64,000 nucleotides of DNA, taken from an uncultured bacterium. Lineage in GTDB: Bacteria; SAR324; NAC60-12. Location of the stretch: NCBI GenBank assembly GCA_965662235.1, contig CBFIGY010000007.1, forward strand, positions 41,538 through 105,537. The letters run 5' to 3'. Both the position numbers and the translations under genes were made by a program. The notes beneath the pieces were generated by a model. That model saw only the letters and a program-made list of their open reading frames with translations, was not told the DNA's origin and ran no database searches. Positions 49,477 to 59,750 of this stretch are shown here, piece by piece (within the stretch, counting starts at the first letter, position 1; every line of letters begins with the position of its first letter).

Positions 49477-49974
49477 TCAGCTGGGGAGAGAGGTCTTGGG
49501 GGTGGGCTCGGTTGCCGGCGTTGCGTCGGGAGCTTTCGTGCTGGCTTCGGCAGCCGCCGTCTCGGCAGCCTCTTCCCGTGCGGCCACCTGCTTCTGAACG
49601 GCCTCGGCGATGGCTTTGGCGGCAGGACTCTTTTCTTCGGCCTGTTCCGCAGGCTTGCCCTCCATCCGGTCTGCCAGCTTCTCCAAGTCCTCTCCTGAAG
49701 AAGGAGTCCGTCCCAAGGGATTGAAGGTCGAAGAGACGTTCCCGATGGTGTTCTGAACCTCGTCCTTGACCTCCTTGAGTTCCTTGACGTCCAGCTCCTT
49801 CTCAATCTGCGTCATCTCGTCCTGGACGGTGGTCCGGATGTCGTTGGTCGCACGTTTCAACTGAACCAGCCCGCGTCCCACGGAACGGATCACGTCCGGA
49901 AGCTGTTGCGGTCCAATGAAGATGAGGGCGATCACAACAATGATCACCATTTCGGGGAGGCCGATGCCAAACAT
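49477..49974 (-). CDS. tatB: Twin-arginine translocase subunit TatB
   Basis: MFGIGLPEM..I..IALIFIGPQQLP, amphipathic helix, long charged tail. Confidence 0.85.
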   Translation of the reverse strand: MFGIGLPEMVIIVVIALIFIGPQQLPDVIRSVGRGLVQLKRATNDIRTTVQDEMTQIEKELDVKELKEVKDEVQNTIGNVSSTFNPLGRTPSSGEDLEKLADRMEGKPAEQAEEKSPAAKAIAEAVQKQVAAREEAAETAAAEASTKAPDATPATEPTPKTSLPS

Positions 49975-50062
49975 GAAGGTTCCTTATCGATGCTGCAGAA
50001 AGAGGTCCAAAGAGGCCCAATGCCAAAACGACATTTATATCGTGGAGTGAGAGCAAACGCAA

Positions 50063-51874
50063 ATGCCTGATGCCTGTATTGCCGTCCTGGACTTCGGAAG
50101 CCAGTACGCCCACCTCATTGCCAAGCGCATCCGTCAGGGAGGTGCTTATGCCGAAATCTTCTCTCCTGCGGCGTCGGTAGACGAGCTGGCGCATGCGCAG
50201 GGTCTGATTCTGTCCGGAGGTCCGGCGTCGGTGTTTGCCGCAGATGCGCCCGCCTTTAACCCAGAGTTGCTGGGACTGGAGATCCCCATTCTGGGCCTGT
50301 GTTACGGACACCAGCTCCTGGCCCAGACCTTTGGAGGCACCATTGAGAACACCGGGCAGGGGGAGTTCGGCAAAGCTCGTCTGCAGGCCACAGGGGCGTC
50401 ACCGCTTTGGGAAGGGGTCTCGCTTCCCACGCAGGTGTGGATGAGCCACCAAGACAGCGTCACCCAGCTTCCAGAGGGCTTTGTCTGTGTGGGAGAAACC
50501 CATCCGGGCGCCCATACGGCACTCCGGCACACGCAGCGTCCGGTTTTCACCTTCCAGTTTCATCCGGAGGTCAAGGACTCCCACGGCGGTGACCAGATGC
50601 TGCAGAACTTCGCCCGCCTCTGTGGACTCGAAGGCACCTGGTCGATGGAGCAGTTTGTTGAAGACACCTGCGCCCGCATTCAGGAAGAAGTCGGCTCGCG
50701 ACGGGTCCTCATGTTCCTCAGTGGCGGCGTGGACTCTTCGGTGGCGTTTGCACTCCTCAACACCGCTTTGGGCACCGACCGCGTCAAGGGGCTGTTCATC
50801 GACAACGGCTTCATGCGCCAGAATGAAGGCGTGCAGATCATGGAACGCTACCAGGCCCTCGGTTACTCCAACGTGGAAGCCCGGGACTACAGCGCCGCTT
50901 TTCTGGAGGCAGTCGCCGGAATCACTGACCCGCAGGAAAAGCGGCACCGCATTGGGGCCACCTTCATCCAGATGCGCGACCGCTTCCTCCAGGAACTCGA
51001 CCTGCAGGCGGAAGACTGGGTCCTCGGGCAGGGAACCCTCTACCCGGATATCATTGAGTCCGGAGGCACCCAGCACGCCAATGTCATCAAGTCGCACCAC
51101 AATCGGGTTCAGGAGGTGCTGGACCTGATGGCGTCCGGACACGTGGTGGAACCGCTGAAGGAACTGTACAAGGATGAGGTTCGGCAGGTGGGAACGCTGT
51201 TGGGGCTCCCGGAGGCACTGGTCTGGCGGCACCCGTTTCCGGGACCGGGGCTGTCCATCAACGTCCTCTGTTCCGAGGGGGCGGATTCGTGTCCACCACA
51301 GACGGCGGAGCGCCTTCGGCAGCAGCTGGAGCCGCCGGTGGAAGTGGACGTCCTTCCTGTCCGGTCGGTTGGTGTGCAGGGCGACCTCCGGACCTACGCA
51401 CCCCCGGCGGTGCTCTGGCAGACCCCTCGGGACTGGGACTGGCTGGAGGCGACCTCCATCACTCTGACCAACCGCGTCCGGGAGATCAACCGGGTGGTCC
51501 TAGGACTGGGGCGTAACCACGGGACCTCGTTTGCCGGAAGCACCTTTGTGGAGCGTTCGGCCTACTGCACCAAAGACCGCCTAGACACCCTCCGGGAGGC
51601 GGACGCGCTGGCGACCCACGCCCTAGAAGCCAACGGGTTGATGCGAGACATCTTTCAGCTGCTGGTGATCCTGCTGCCGCTCTCTGCAGACGGCACCGGA
51701 GACAGCGTGGTGCTCCGCCCAGTGGTTTCAGAGGATGTGATGACGGCTCAGTTTGCCCGCCTCGACTGGACGCTTCTGGATCCGCTCACCGAGCAGCTGC
51801 TGGCGGTTCCCGGAATCGACGCCGTCTTTTACGACATCACCCACAAGCCCCCGGCCACCTTTGGGTGGGAGTAG
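50063..51874 (+). CDS. guaA: GMP synthase (glutamine-hydrolysing), long form
   Basis: LDFGSQY, GLCYG, QFHPE, SGGVDS, IKSHHN, RHPFPGPGL, KPPATFGWE. Confidence 0.96.
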   Translation: MPDACIAVLDFGSQYAHLIAKRIRQGGAYAEIFSPAASVDELAHAQGLILSGGPASVFAADAPAFNPELLGLEIPILGLCYGHQLLAQTFGGTIENTGQGEFGKARLQATGASPLWEGVSLPTQVWMSHQDSVTQLPEGFVCVGETHPGAHTALRHTQRPVFTFQFHPEVKDSHGGDQMLQNFARLCGLEGTWSMEQFVEDTCARIQEEVGSRRVLMFLSGGVDSSVAFALLNTALGTDRVKGLFIDNGFMRQNEGVQIMERYQALGYSNVEARDYSAAFLEAVAGITDPQEKRHRIGATFIQMRDRFLQELDLQAEDWVLGQGTLYPDIIESGGTQHANVIKSHHNRVQEVLDLMASGHVVEPLKELYKDEVRQVGTLLGLPEALVWRHPFPGPGLSINVLCSEGADSCPPQTAERLRQQLEPPVEVDVLPVRSVGVQGDLRTYAPPAVLWQTPRDWDWLEATSITLTNRVREINRVVLGLGRNHGTSFAGSTFVERSAYCTKDRLDTLREADALATHALEANGLMRDIFQLLVILLPLSADGTGDSVVLRPVVSEDVMTAQFARLDWTLLDPLTEQLLAVPGIDAVFYDITHKPPATFGWE

Positions 51875-51894
51875 CCGACCCTAGGAAGCCGGCC

Positions 51895-52299
51895 TCAGTT
51901 CTGTTGACAGAACAGCTGGATCGCGTTTTGAACCACGCGGTCCGGAACCAACGCCTCTGCTTGGGCCTCTTGCGTCAGGAACTGGGCCCCTTGGCCAGCG
52001 CTTTCCCAGAAGTGCTTCCGGGTGGCACAGTTGAGGCTGAGGTTGCCAATGAAGGCCGCGGTCTTGCCTTCGCCAGTGATGGTCAGTCGAGCCTGTCCGG
52101 AGGTAGGCAGGGCGTCTGAAGCCATCAGGGGAAACGCCAACCAGTCGTTCCAGTAGCGCTCCACTGCTTCTCGGTGGAGGAAAACGCCTCCACCCACAGG
52201 GGTTCCAACTTCCGGCGCGCCAGCGTCAACGGCTCCGGCACGGGCCAAACCCAGCCCCAGCATCAGGAGGGCCGGGATTGGGTTCCTGAACGTCCTCAT
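51895..52299 (-). CDS. Hypothetical exported protein (two Cys)
   Basis: Signal peptide; lies 19 nt downstream of the acyl-CoA dehydrogenase on the same strand. Confidence 0.65.
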   Translation of the reverse strand: MRTFRNPIPALLMLGLGLARAGAVDAGAPEVGTPVGGGVFLHREAVERYWNDWLAFPLMASDALPTSGQARLTITGEGKTAAFIGNLSLNCATRKHFWESAGQGAQFLTQEAQAEALVPDRVVQNAIQLFCQQN

Positions 52300-52318
52300 G
52301 TCACGCCTCTACGTCTCC

Positions 52319-54010
52319 TCACACGTCTTCCACAGGCAGCACGACGCGCAGCAGCTCCGGAGTGAGCCGACTCTTCTGCACCTGCACCTGCAGCTTTTCC
52401 CAAGCGGCCTGCAGAACAAATTGACTGAGTCCCTCTCCCTGAGGAACCTGTGTCAGCCGAAGCGCCATCCAGCAAGAAACAGCAATCCAGCCCGCCCGCA
52501 GGTAGGCGTCTGCGCTGGCTTCCCCCTGCTGGGGCTGCTTCCGGACGTCCAGCAGCTGTTCGCTGAGGGTGGCAAAGGCGTCCCAGACGCGTTCCGCCTG
52601 AGCAACTGACTCCGGAAGCGTGGCTCGCAAGGCGTCAGCCTCCTGACGGGCCTGCTTGAGGAACACCTGCAGTCCACGGGCTTCGTCTCGCCAGAGCCGG
52701 CGCATGAGGAAGTCCTGAGCCTGCATGCCGGTGGTTCCTTCGTAAATGGCCGCAATGCGGATGTCCCGGACCGCCTGCTCCAGGGGCCAGTCCTGAGTGT
52801 ATCCGGCGCCTCCGAGCACCTGCAGGGCGCCGCTGGCGGCTTCAAAACCGATTTCGGCGCCAAAGGTTTTCACCAGCGGGAGCATCCAGGACGCAAGGTC
52901 TGCGGATTCGCTGCGCTGGGTGTCGTCGCGGTCCTGTTGTGCCAAGTCCATGTGCGAAGCCATTTCCAGCACCGCGGCCCGCAGCACCTCGGTCTGGCTC
53001 TTCACCTCCAGAAGCTGACGCTGCACATCCGGATGCTGCAGAAGAGGCAGCGGCTCCTCCGTGGGGGCACCTCCCTGACGTCGCTCCCGGGCATACTGCA
53101 GGGCAGTTTCCACTGCTCCAGAAGCCACCCCCAGCCCCTGACACCCCACCAGCAGGCGCATGATCTCAATCATCCGAAACAGCTGCGGCAGTCCACGCTC
53201 AGGCTGACCCAGCAGTTCGGCCTCAGCGTCTTCAAAGAGAAGGGAGCAGGTGGGGGACCCGTGAATGCCCATTTTCTTCTCAATTCCGGCAACCGTGACG
53301 CCATTTGGGGCGCCGGAAGCAGTTTGGTTTGGCACCAGAAACAGGCTCAGGCCCCGTGTGCCAGGCTGGTCTCCGGTACGGGCCAGCAGGCAGTGCCCAA
53401 TGCGGGCGGACAGGTCGTGATCTCCAAATGAAATCCAGATTTTTTGTCCGGAAACCTTCCAGCCGGTTTCCGTGGGAACCGCACGGGTGCGGATGCGTCC
53501 GACGTCGGAACCCGCCTCGGGCTCGGAAATGCAGATGGTCGCCGCCCACTCTCCAGAGACCAGCCGGGGCACCCACTCCTCAACCAGCTCCGGACGGGCC
53601 ACCGAGGTGAGGAGGTGCAGGGCGGCATGAACCGCTCCGGGAGCCATCATGAAGGCCATGCAGGCGCGCTCAAAGAGCGGCTCACAGGCGGCATAGAGGC
53701 TCAGGGGCAGGCCCTGTCCTCCCAAGGCTTCCGGAGCCGTCATTCCCAGCCAGCCAGACGCGGTGAACTGCTGATACGCCTCCGGATAGCCCGCAGGCGT
53801 CCGCACCCGTCCTTCCTGCAGCGAGCAGCCTTGCTGATCGGCAGGGGCGTTTAGGGGAGCAAGGACCTGCTCTGCCACCTTGGCGGCTTCTTCGACAATG
53901 GTCCGGACGGTTTCAGCATCCAGATCGGGCTGAAGCTGCTGCACACGCTTCCAGCCGGGGGTGACCTCCAGGAGGTGGAGGGTCTGACGTACCTGAGCCG
54001 CATAACTCAT
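52319..54010 (-). CDS. Acyl-CoA dehydrogenase (long form; likely arylpropionyl-CoA dehydrogenase)
   Basis: ISEPEAGSDVG, GQKIWIS.GDHD, KMGIHGSPTC, IYEGTTGMQA; ATGA overlap with the upstream hydrolase. Confidence 0.9.
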   Translation of the reverse strand: MSYAAQVRQTLHLLEVTPGWKRVQQLQPDLDAETVRTIVEEAAKVAEQVLAPLNAPADQQGCSLQEGRVRTPAGYPEAYQQFTASGWLGMTAPEALGGQGLPLSLYAACEPLFERACMAFMMAPGAVHAALHLLTSVARPELVEEWVPRLVSGEWAATICISEPEAGSDVGRIRTRAVPTETGWKVSGQKIWISFGDHDLSARIGHCLLARTGDQPGTRGLSLFLVPNQTASGAPNGVTVAGIEKKMGIHGSPTCSLLFEDAEAELLGQPERGLPQLFRMIEIMRLLVGCQGLGVASGAVETALQYARERRQGGAPTEEPLPLLQHPDVQRQLLEVKSQTEVLRAAVLEMASHMDLAQQDRDDTQRSESADLASWMLPLVKTFGAEIGFEAASGALQVLGGAGYTQDWPLEQAVRDIRIAAIYEGTTGMQAQDFLMRRLWRDEARGLQVFLKQARQEADALRATLPESVAQAERVWDAFATLSEQLLDVRKQPQQGEASADAYLRAGWIAVSCWMALRLTQVPQGEGLSQFVLQAAWEKLQVQVQKSRLTPELLRVVLPVEDV

Positions 54011-54879
54011 GAGAGCCCCAGCAGACGCATGGCGTTTTCCTTCAGCACCAGCGGGCGGACCTCGTCCCGGATCTCAATCTTTTCAAAATCACTCAGCCAG
54101 CGTTCGGGACTGATCATGGGCCAGTCTGACCCGAACAGCATCTTGCGCTTGAGCAGGGTGTTGGTGTAACGCACCAGGATGGGCGGGAAGTACTTGGGAG
54201 ACCATCCGGAGAGGTCGATGTACACGTTGGGCTTGTGGGTCGCAACGGCAAGGGCTTCTTCCTGCCAGGGAAACGACGGGTGCGCCATCACAATGGGCAT
54301 GTCCGGAAAGTCAACCGCCACATCGTCGAGGTACATGGGATTGGAGTACTTGAGCCGCATGCTGTTGCCACCAGGCATTCCGGAGCCAACCCCGGTTTGT
54401 CCGGTGTGGAAGAGGGCAATCTTTCCCGACTCAGCAATTGCTTCATAGAGGGGGTAGGCGAGCCGGTCGTTGGGGTAGAAGCCCTGCATGGTCGGGTGAA
54501 ACTTGAAGCCCTGGATGCCGAAATCCTCAACCAGCCTCCGGGCCTCCCGGGCGCCCAGCTTGCCCTTGTGAGGGTCAATGGAGGCAAAGGGAATGAGGAC
54601 GTCGCTGTTTTCGGCAGCCAGTTCAGCCACTTCTTCGTTGCGGTAGCGGCGGTAACCGGTTTCCCGTTCGGCATCCACCGGAAAGATGACGGCGGCAATG
54701 TTCTGGGCCCGGTAGTGCTGGGCGGTCTCCGGAATCGTGGGAGGGTGCTCCCACGGGGCGCCGAAGTACTTGGCCATGGTGGACTGCAATTCGTCGTAGC
54801 CGTCATCTTCGTGACAGCCGCAGGGCTCCTCGGCATGGGTGTGGAAGTCAATCGCCTTGATGGTCTGCAGGTCAATCAT
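54007..54879 (-). CDS. couO: Amidohydrolase-2, 4-hydroxyphenyl-beta-ketoacyl-CoA hydrolase (CouO-like)
   Basis: IDFHTHAE, GFKFHP, FHTGQTG, AHPSFPWQEEAL, DLSGWSPKYF, GSDWP; located in an fcs cluster. Confidence 0.82.
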   Translation of the reverse strand: MIDLQTIKAIDFHTHAEEPCGCHEDDGYDELQSTMAKYFGAPWEHPPTIPETAQHYRAQNIAAVIFPVDAERETGYRRYRNEEVAELAAENSDVLIPFASIDPHKGKLGAREARRLVEDFGIQGFKFHPTMQGFYPNDRLAYPLYEAIAESGKIALFHTGQTGVGSGMPGGNSMRLKYSNPMYLDDVAVDFPDMPIVMAHPSFPWQEEALAVATHKPNVYIDLSGWSPKYFPPILVRYTNTLLKRKMLFGSDWPMISPERWLSDFEKIEIRDEVRPLVLKENAMRLLGLS

Positions 54880-54910
54880 GAGTCGGGTTGGGAAGAGGGT
54901 TCAGGGACGT

Positions 54911-56743
54911 TCAGGGACGGATGAGGGCTGCGGTGGTGTCTTGGTAAAGCTGCTCAATGAGGGCCTGCCGCCGCTTCAGGATCTTGCGGATGTTCAGGCT
55001 GCCTTTGCTGGTGATCTCCCCGTCTCCCAGCGACGGAGGCTCTGCGGCCACCAGGGCGCGCTTGATGCGAGTGGAGGAGCCGGTCGCCTGTTCCAGCAGC
55101 GGACTCAGGGACTCCCGGATGGCTTCACAGTAGGCGGAATCGCTCACCACCTCGCCGGGGCCGCCATACTTCAGGCCAAACGGAGCCAGGGCCTCCGGAT
55201 GCGGGAAGATCAGCACTCCGACTTCCTTCTGATCGTGCCCGGTGATCACCACGTCCTGCACGAGTCCGGCGAGCGCAGAGAGCACTTCCAGACGCAGCTT
55301 GCCGGTGTGAACCCAGGTGCCGGTGAGGAGCTTGAAGTCCTCAGAGATCCGTCCATCAAACATCAACCCGGCAGTGAGGTCCTCAGGGTCCACGAACCGG
55401 ACCGCGTCCCCAGTGATCAGGAAGCCTTCCTCATCAAAGGAGGCCGCGGTTTTTTCAGGATCCTTGAAGTAGCCCGGCATGACGTTCGGCCCCCGGACGC
55501 GGAGCTCGTAGCGGCCGTCATCGCCATTCAGCAACTTCGCCTCAACCTCAGGCAGAGGCACTCCCACCACGCCCGACCGCCGAATGGGCTCATGGACCAG
55601 CAGGGTGGCCGGTGCGGTTTCTGTCATGCCCCAGCTGGAAATCATCATCGGCAGCTCGCCCCGGATTTCCAGAGCATAGTCCTCCAGTGCCTTCCAGGTG
55701 CCCTGCGGCAGCGATGCGCCCGCGTAGAAGATGAGTTCCAGGTCAGAGAAGAATTTTTCCTTGAGGCGCTGGTTCTCCCGGAAGGCTTCCACCAGCAGTC
55801 CAAAACCGACGGGGACATTGAAGGCAAGGGTGCCGGCGTGCTCCTCTTGGTTGCGCAGGGTGGCGCCAAACAGGGCTTTGGTGGGCTTGCCTTCATCGAG
55901 GTAGAGGCTGCCGCCGTTGGCGAGCATCATGTTGAAGTTGTGGCTGCCGCCGAAGACGTGATTCCAGGGAAGCCAGTCGAGGATCTTCGGAGGTCGGCGT
56001 CCGAGCAGCGGCAGGCCCGCCCGCAGCTGAGCCTGGTTGGCACACATCATCTTCTGAGTGGTCAGTACGCCCTTAGGGTGCGAGGTGGAACCGGAAGTGA
56101 AGAGAATCTTGGCTAGGGTGTCAGGCCCCACCTGCTGGTGAGCCTCGGCCACAGCAGCAGGGGCATGTCCGTTCAGCAGCTCCGCAAACGGGGTCAGGTT
56201 CTGGTGAACGCCGTTGACGTTGACCGCGACCTTTTCGGCATTTTCAAAGACCTCCAGCCCCAGAGCGGCCTCAACGGGTCCTGCATGCGCCGCAAAGACG
56301 AGTCCGGGCTTCACGAGGTCGGCAATGTAGCTCACGTTTCCGTGGGCTTCTGGAATCAGCGCATACTGCTCTGCCAGAGGAACCACCGGAACGCCCACGT
56401 ACTGGGCGGCAAGAGACAGCAGACCATGGTCGACGCTGTTTCCCGAAATCACCATCACGGGGCGGTCCGGCCCCAGTCCGCGCTCCAGCAACGAGGCGGC
56501 AAGGGCCTGAACCTGCTCGAGCACTTCCGCATAACCCAATTCGCGCCATCCGGCCCCGGAGCGTTCGGCGAGAAACACACGGTCCGGCGCCTCGGCTGCC
56601 CAGCGGTGCAGCCAGGCACCCGTGTTGGGGGCCACTTCTCCCAGCGTGTGCGGAGACGTCAGCCGGATGGTGCCATCCGGATCCTCCTGACGGAGGACCT
56701 GGTGCGGGATGTAGCCTTCCGACGGACTCAATGATGACGACAT
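54911..56743 (-). CDS. fcs: Feruloyl-CoA synthase (hydroxycinnamoyl-CoA ligase)
   Basis: WAAEAPDRVFLAER, FTSGSTSHPKGV, DWLPWNHVFGG, WGMTETAP, DGRISEDFKL..GTWV, GEIT.KG..N; AGGAGG RBS. Confidence 0.9.
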   Translation of the reverse strand: MSSSLSPSEGYIPHQVLRQEDPDGTIRLTSPHTLGEVAPNTGAWLHRWAAEAPDRVFLAERSGAGWRELGYAEVLEQVQALAASLLERGLGPDRPVMVISGNSVDHGLLSLAAQYVGVPVVPLAEQYALIPEAHGNVSYIADLVKPGLVFAAHAGPVEAALGLEVFENAEKVAVNVNGVHQNLTPFAELLNGHAPAAVAEAHQQVGPDTLAKILFTSGSTSHPKGVLTTQKMMCANQAQLRAGLPLLGRRPPKILDWLPWNHVFGGSHNFNMMLANGGSLYLDEGKPTKALFGATLRNQEEHAGTLAFNVPVGFGLLVEAFRENQRLKEKFFSDLELIFYAGASLPQGTWKALEDYALEIRGELPMMISSWGMTETAPATLLVHEPIRRSGVVGVPLPEVEAKLLNGDDGRYELRVRGPNVMPGYFKDPEKTAASFDEEGFLITGDAVRFVDPEDLTAGLMFDGRISEDFKLLTGTWVHTGKLRLEVLSALAGLVQDVVITGHDQKEVGVLIFPHPEALAPFGLKYGGPGEVVSDSAYCEAIRESLSPLLEQATGSSTRIKRALVAAEPPSLGDGEITSKGSLNIRKILKRRQALIEQLYQDTTAALIRP

Positions 56744-56786
56744 GGAACCTCCTGGGGTGGTACGTGAAGCGGGCATGAAAAAGGGG

Positions 56787-57557
56787 TCAGCGGAACACCG
56801 GGTTTCGCTTTTCTAGGAAGGCCTGCAGGCCCTCCAGAGCATCTGGGCTGGTCTGGGTCACGGCGGCACAGAGGCTTTCGGCAAAGAGCCCATCGGCCTT
56901 GGCCATGTCCTCAATGCGGCTCAGGGCCTGGATCATGATGTAGTTTGAGAGGCTGGCGTTGCGGGCAATCTTCTGGGCCAGCTCAACCGCCTTGTCCAGG
57001 GCCTCGCCTTCTTCGACGGTGTAGTGGGTCAGGCCCAGCTGCAGGCCTTCTGCCGCAGAGTACTTGCGTCCGGTCAGCATCATCTCCACCATCCGGTCGG
57101 CCCCAAGGATGCGGCCCACACGTACCGATGCGCCTCCGCCGACAAAGATGCCGCGCCGTCCTTCCGGAAGCTGGAAGATGGTGGAGGGCTCTGCGATCCG
57201 GACATGAGTCGCGGTGGCCAGCTCGAGTCCTCCGCCGATGACGGCGCCGTTCATGGCCGAAACCACAGGAAGGCCCCCGTACTGAATCTGGTCCATGATG
57301 CGGTGCCAGTTCCGGGAGTGCCGCATGGTGCCTTCGGCATCGCGAGCCACGTGTTCACTGAGGTCGAGTCCGGAACAGTAGTGCCCGCCTCGGCCTGAGA
57401 GGACCACAACCTTGGTCCCTTCTGGAGGGTGGGAAAAGAAGGCGTCCAGCGCCTCAAGCAGCTCATCGCTCATGGCGTTGCGCTTGTCTGGGCGGTTCAT
57501 GGTCGCAAAGGTGAGGTCGCCTTCGGTTCGGACGTCCAGGATGGAGGTGCCAGGCAT
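56787..57557 (-). CDS. Crotonase / enoyl-CoA hydratase
   Basis: NRPDKRNA, CSGLDLSE, GAVIGGGLEL, LPEGRRGIFVGGG. Confidence 0.92.
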   Translation of the reverse strand: MPGTSILDVRTEGDLTFATMNRPDKRNAMSDELLEALDAFFSHPPEGTKVVVLSGRGGHYCSGLDLSEHVARDAEGTMRHSRNWHRIMDQIQYGGLPVVSAMNGAVIGGGLELATATHVRIAEPSTIFQLPEGRRGIFVGGGASVRVGRILGADRMVEMMLTGRKYSAAEGLQLGLTHYTVEEGEALDKAVELAQKIARNASLSNYIMIQALSRIEDMAKADGLFAESLCAAVTQTSPDALEGLQAFLEKRNPVFR

Positions 57558-57577
57558 GTTGAGAACTCGCTGTGAGG

Positions 57578-58345
57578 TTATTTGGGAGGAAGCCTCAGGG
57601 CCCCGTCGAGCCGGATGACTTCACCATTGAGGCTGGAGTTCCGGACAATGTGTTCCACCAGCAGCGCAAACTCCTCAGGCTCTCCTAGGCGGGGAGGAAA
57701 GGGGATGTTGGCGGCAATGGCGCTCTGAATGTCTTCTGGAAGGGTCTCCATGAGGGGCGTCCGGAACAGTCCGGGCGCAATGGTCATGACGCGGATGCCG
57801 ATCCGGGCCAGCTCTCGGGCGGCAGGAAGCGCTAGGGAGACAATGCCCCCCTTGGACGCGGCATAGGCCGACTGCCCCACCTGTCCATCCTGAAAAGCCA
57901 CCGACGCGGTGTTGATGATCACCCCACGGTCTCCATCGGAGGAGGTGGCGTCGGCCTGGGAGAGGGCGAGCGCGGCGACGCTGAGGACCGTGTAGGTGCC
58001 GATCAGGTTGACGGTGATGGTCTTCCGGAAGGTCTCCGTCGAGAGCCCTCCCTCGCGGGGCAGGATCCGGGCGGCGCTTCCGATGCCTGCGCAGTTGACG
58101 ATGATGCGCGGGGGCTGCTTCAGCTCGGCCTGCACCTGGTCAAATGCCGCTTGCACCGAAGCCTCATCGGCAACATCGGCAACCACAGCAAGCCCACCCA
58201 GTGTCTGGGCAACCTCCTGAGCCGTGTCGGGAGCACGGTCGAGTACCACGACCTGGGCGCCCTGACGGGCCAGGTGTTCGGCAGTGCTTCGGCCCAAACC
58301 GCTGGCGCCTCCGGTGACCAGGGCAACGGTTCCTTCAATCTTCAT
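57578..58345 (-). CDS. SDR 3-hydroxyacyl-CoA dehydrogenase (HSD10-like)
   Basis: TGGASGLG, VNCAGI, NTASVA..GQVGQSAYAASKGG, NGEVIRLDGA. Confidence 0.92.
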   Translation of the reverse strand: MKIEGTVALVTGGASGLGRSTAEHLARQGAQVVVLDRAPDTAQEVAQTLGGLAVVADVADEASVQAAFDQVQAELKQPPRIIVNCAGIGSAARILPREGGLSTETFRKTITVNLIGTYTVLSVAALALSQADATSSDGDRGVIINTASVAFQDGQVGQSAYAASKGGIVSLALPAARELARIGIRVMTIAPGLFRTPLMETLPEDIQSAIAANIPFPPRLGEPEEFALLVEHIVRNSSLNGEVIRLDGALRLPPK

Positions 58346-58427
58346 AAAAAACCTCCGTCAAAAAAGCAGCGGCAGTGGATTCAACGTTGTTCCACGCCCC
58401 CTCAGGGGCGACTCTGCAGAAACGTCT

Positions 58428-59750
58428 TCAGCCGAGCCAACGCAGCAGAAACAGGGTGATCCCGGGAAAGAGCACCAGAATGACCACACGGATGAGGTCG
58501 GAGAGCACAAAGGGGAACACGCCTCGGTAGGTGTCTCCCATGGGCGTGTCCTTGTCGAGCGTGTTGATGACAAAGAGGTTCATGCCCACCGGTGGCGTGA
58601 TCAGTCCCACCTCGACCACAATGAGCACAAGGATTCCAAACCAGATGGCCAGCTCTTCCGGCGTCAGTCCAAAGTCGAGCTCGGAGATGATGGGGAAGAA
58701 GATGGGAATCGTCAGCAGAATCATCGAAAGGCTGTCCATCATGCAGCCAAAGATGAGGTAGAGGACCAGGATGATTGAGAGGACGAGCCAGGGGCTGTAG
58801 CCCTGGGAGACGACAAAGGTGGAGACCTCCTGAGGCACCTGAGAGAGGGCCAGGAAGCTGTTGTAGAACGCGGCGCCGAGGACGATGAAGAAGATCATCG
58901 CGGTGCTGTTGGCTGTGGCCAAGATGGAGTCGATCAGCGAGTCCATCCGGAGGCCTCCGTTGAGGTAGGCGATGATGCCGGTACCCGCGGCGCCAACGGC
59001 GGCGCCTTCTGTGGGAGTGAACCAACCGAGGTAGATGCCGCCAACGACGACAAAGAACACCACCAGCACGGGCCAGACGTCAATCAGGGCCTGAACGCGC
59101 TGGGAGTAGGGCACCCGTTCGCGCATCTGAGCCGAGTCCGGATGGAGCCGGACGTAGATGGAGATGGTGATCAAGTACCCCACGGCCGCCAGGATCCCGG
59201 GGACAAAGGCGGCGAGGAAGAGCTTGGCAATGTTCTGCTCAGTGAGGATGGCGTAGATCACCAAAATCACCGAGGGAGGAATGAGGATGCCGAGCGTGCC
59301 TCCTGCAGCCAGGGTGGCTGTGGCGAGGCCTCCGGAGTACCCGTAGCGGCGCAGCTCCGGAAGGGCAACCTGGCTCATGGTGGCAGCGGTGGCCAGCGAT
59401 GAGCCACAGATGGCCCCAAAGCCGGCGCAGGCCCCAATGGCGGCCATGGCAACCCCACCCCGTCGGTGCCCGAGCCAGGTTTCAGCCGCCTTGAAGAGCG
59501 CCTTCGACATGCCCCCTAGGGTAGAAAACTGCCCCATCAGCAAGAAGAGCGGAATGATGGAAAGGGAGTAGCTGGAGAAGGTGGAGTAGGTTTCAGACTT
59601 CAGTTTGGAAAGGACCACGTTGGGGCCCCCGGTGAGGATCGCGAGCCCCCCCAGACCACAAATCATCATGGAGAGCCCGATGGGGACCCGGAGGAAGATC
59701 AGGAGTAAGAGGACAGGGAACGAGGCGATCCCGATTTCGAGACTGGTCAA
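58428..59750 (-). CDS. dctM: TRAP transporter large permease DctM
   Basis: IPLFLLMG, GSSLATAA, GGTLGILIPPS, TPTE, GLITPPVGMN; TTG start overlapping the dctQ stop. Confidence 0.95.
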   Translation of the reverse strand: MTSLEIGIASFPVLLLLIFLRVPIGLSMMICGLGGLAILTGGPNVVLSKLKSETYSTFSSYSLSIIPLFLLMGQFSTLGGMSKALFKAAETWLGHRRGGVAMAAIGACAGFGAICGSSLATAATMSQVALPELRRYGYSGGLATATLAAGGTLGILIPPSVILVIYAILTEQNIAKLFLAAFVPGILAAVGYLITISIYVRLHPDSAQMRERVPYSQRVQALIDVWPVLVVFFVVVGGIYLGWFTPTEGAAVGAAGTGIIAYLNGGLRMDSLIDSILATANSTAMIFFIVLGAAFYNSFLALSQVPQEVSTFVVSQGYSPWLVLSIILVLYLIFGCMMDSLSMILLTIPIFFPIISELDFGLTPEELAIWFGILVLIVVEVGLITPPVGMNLFVINTLDKDTPMGDTYRGVFPFVLSDLIRVVILVLFPGITLFLLRWLG

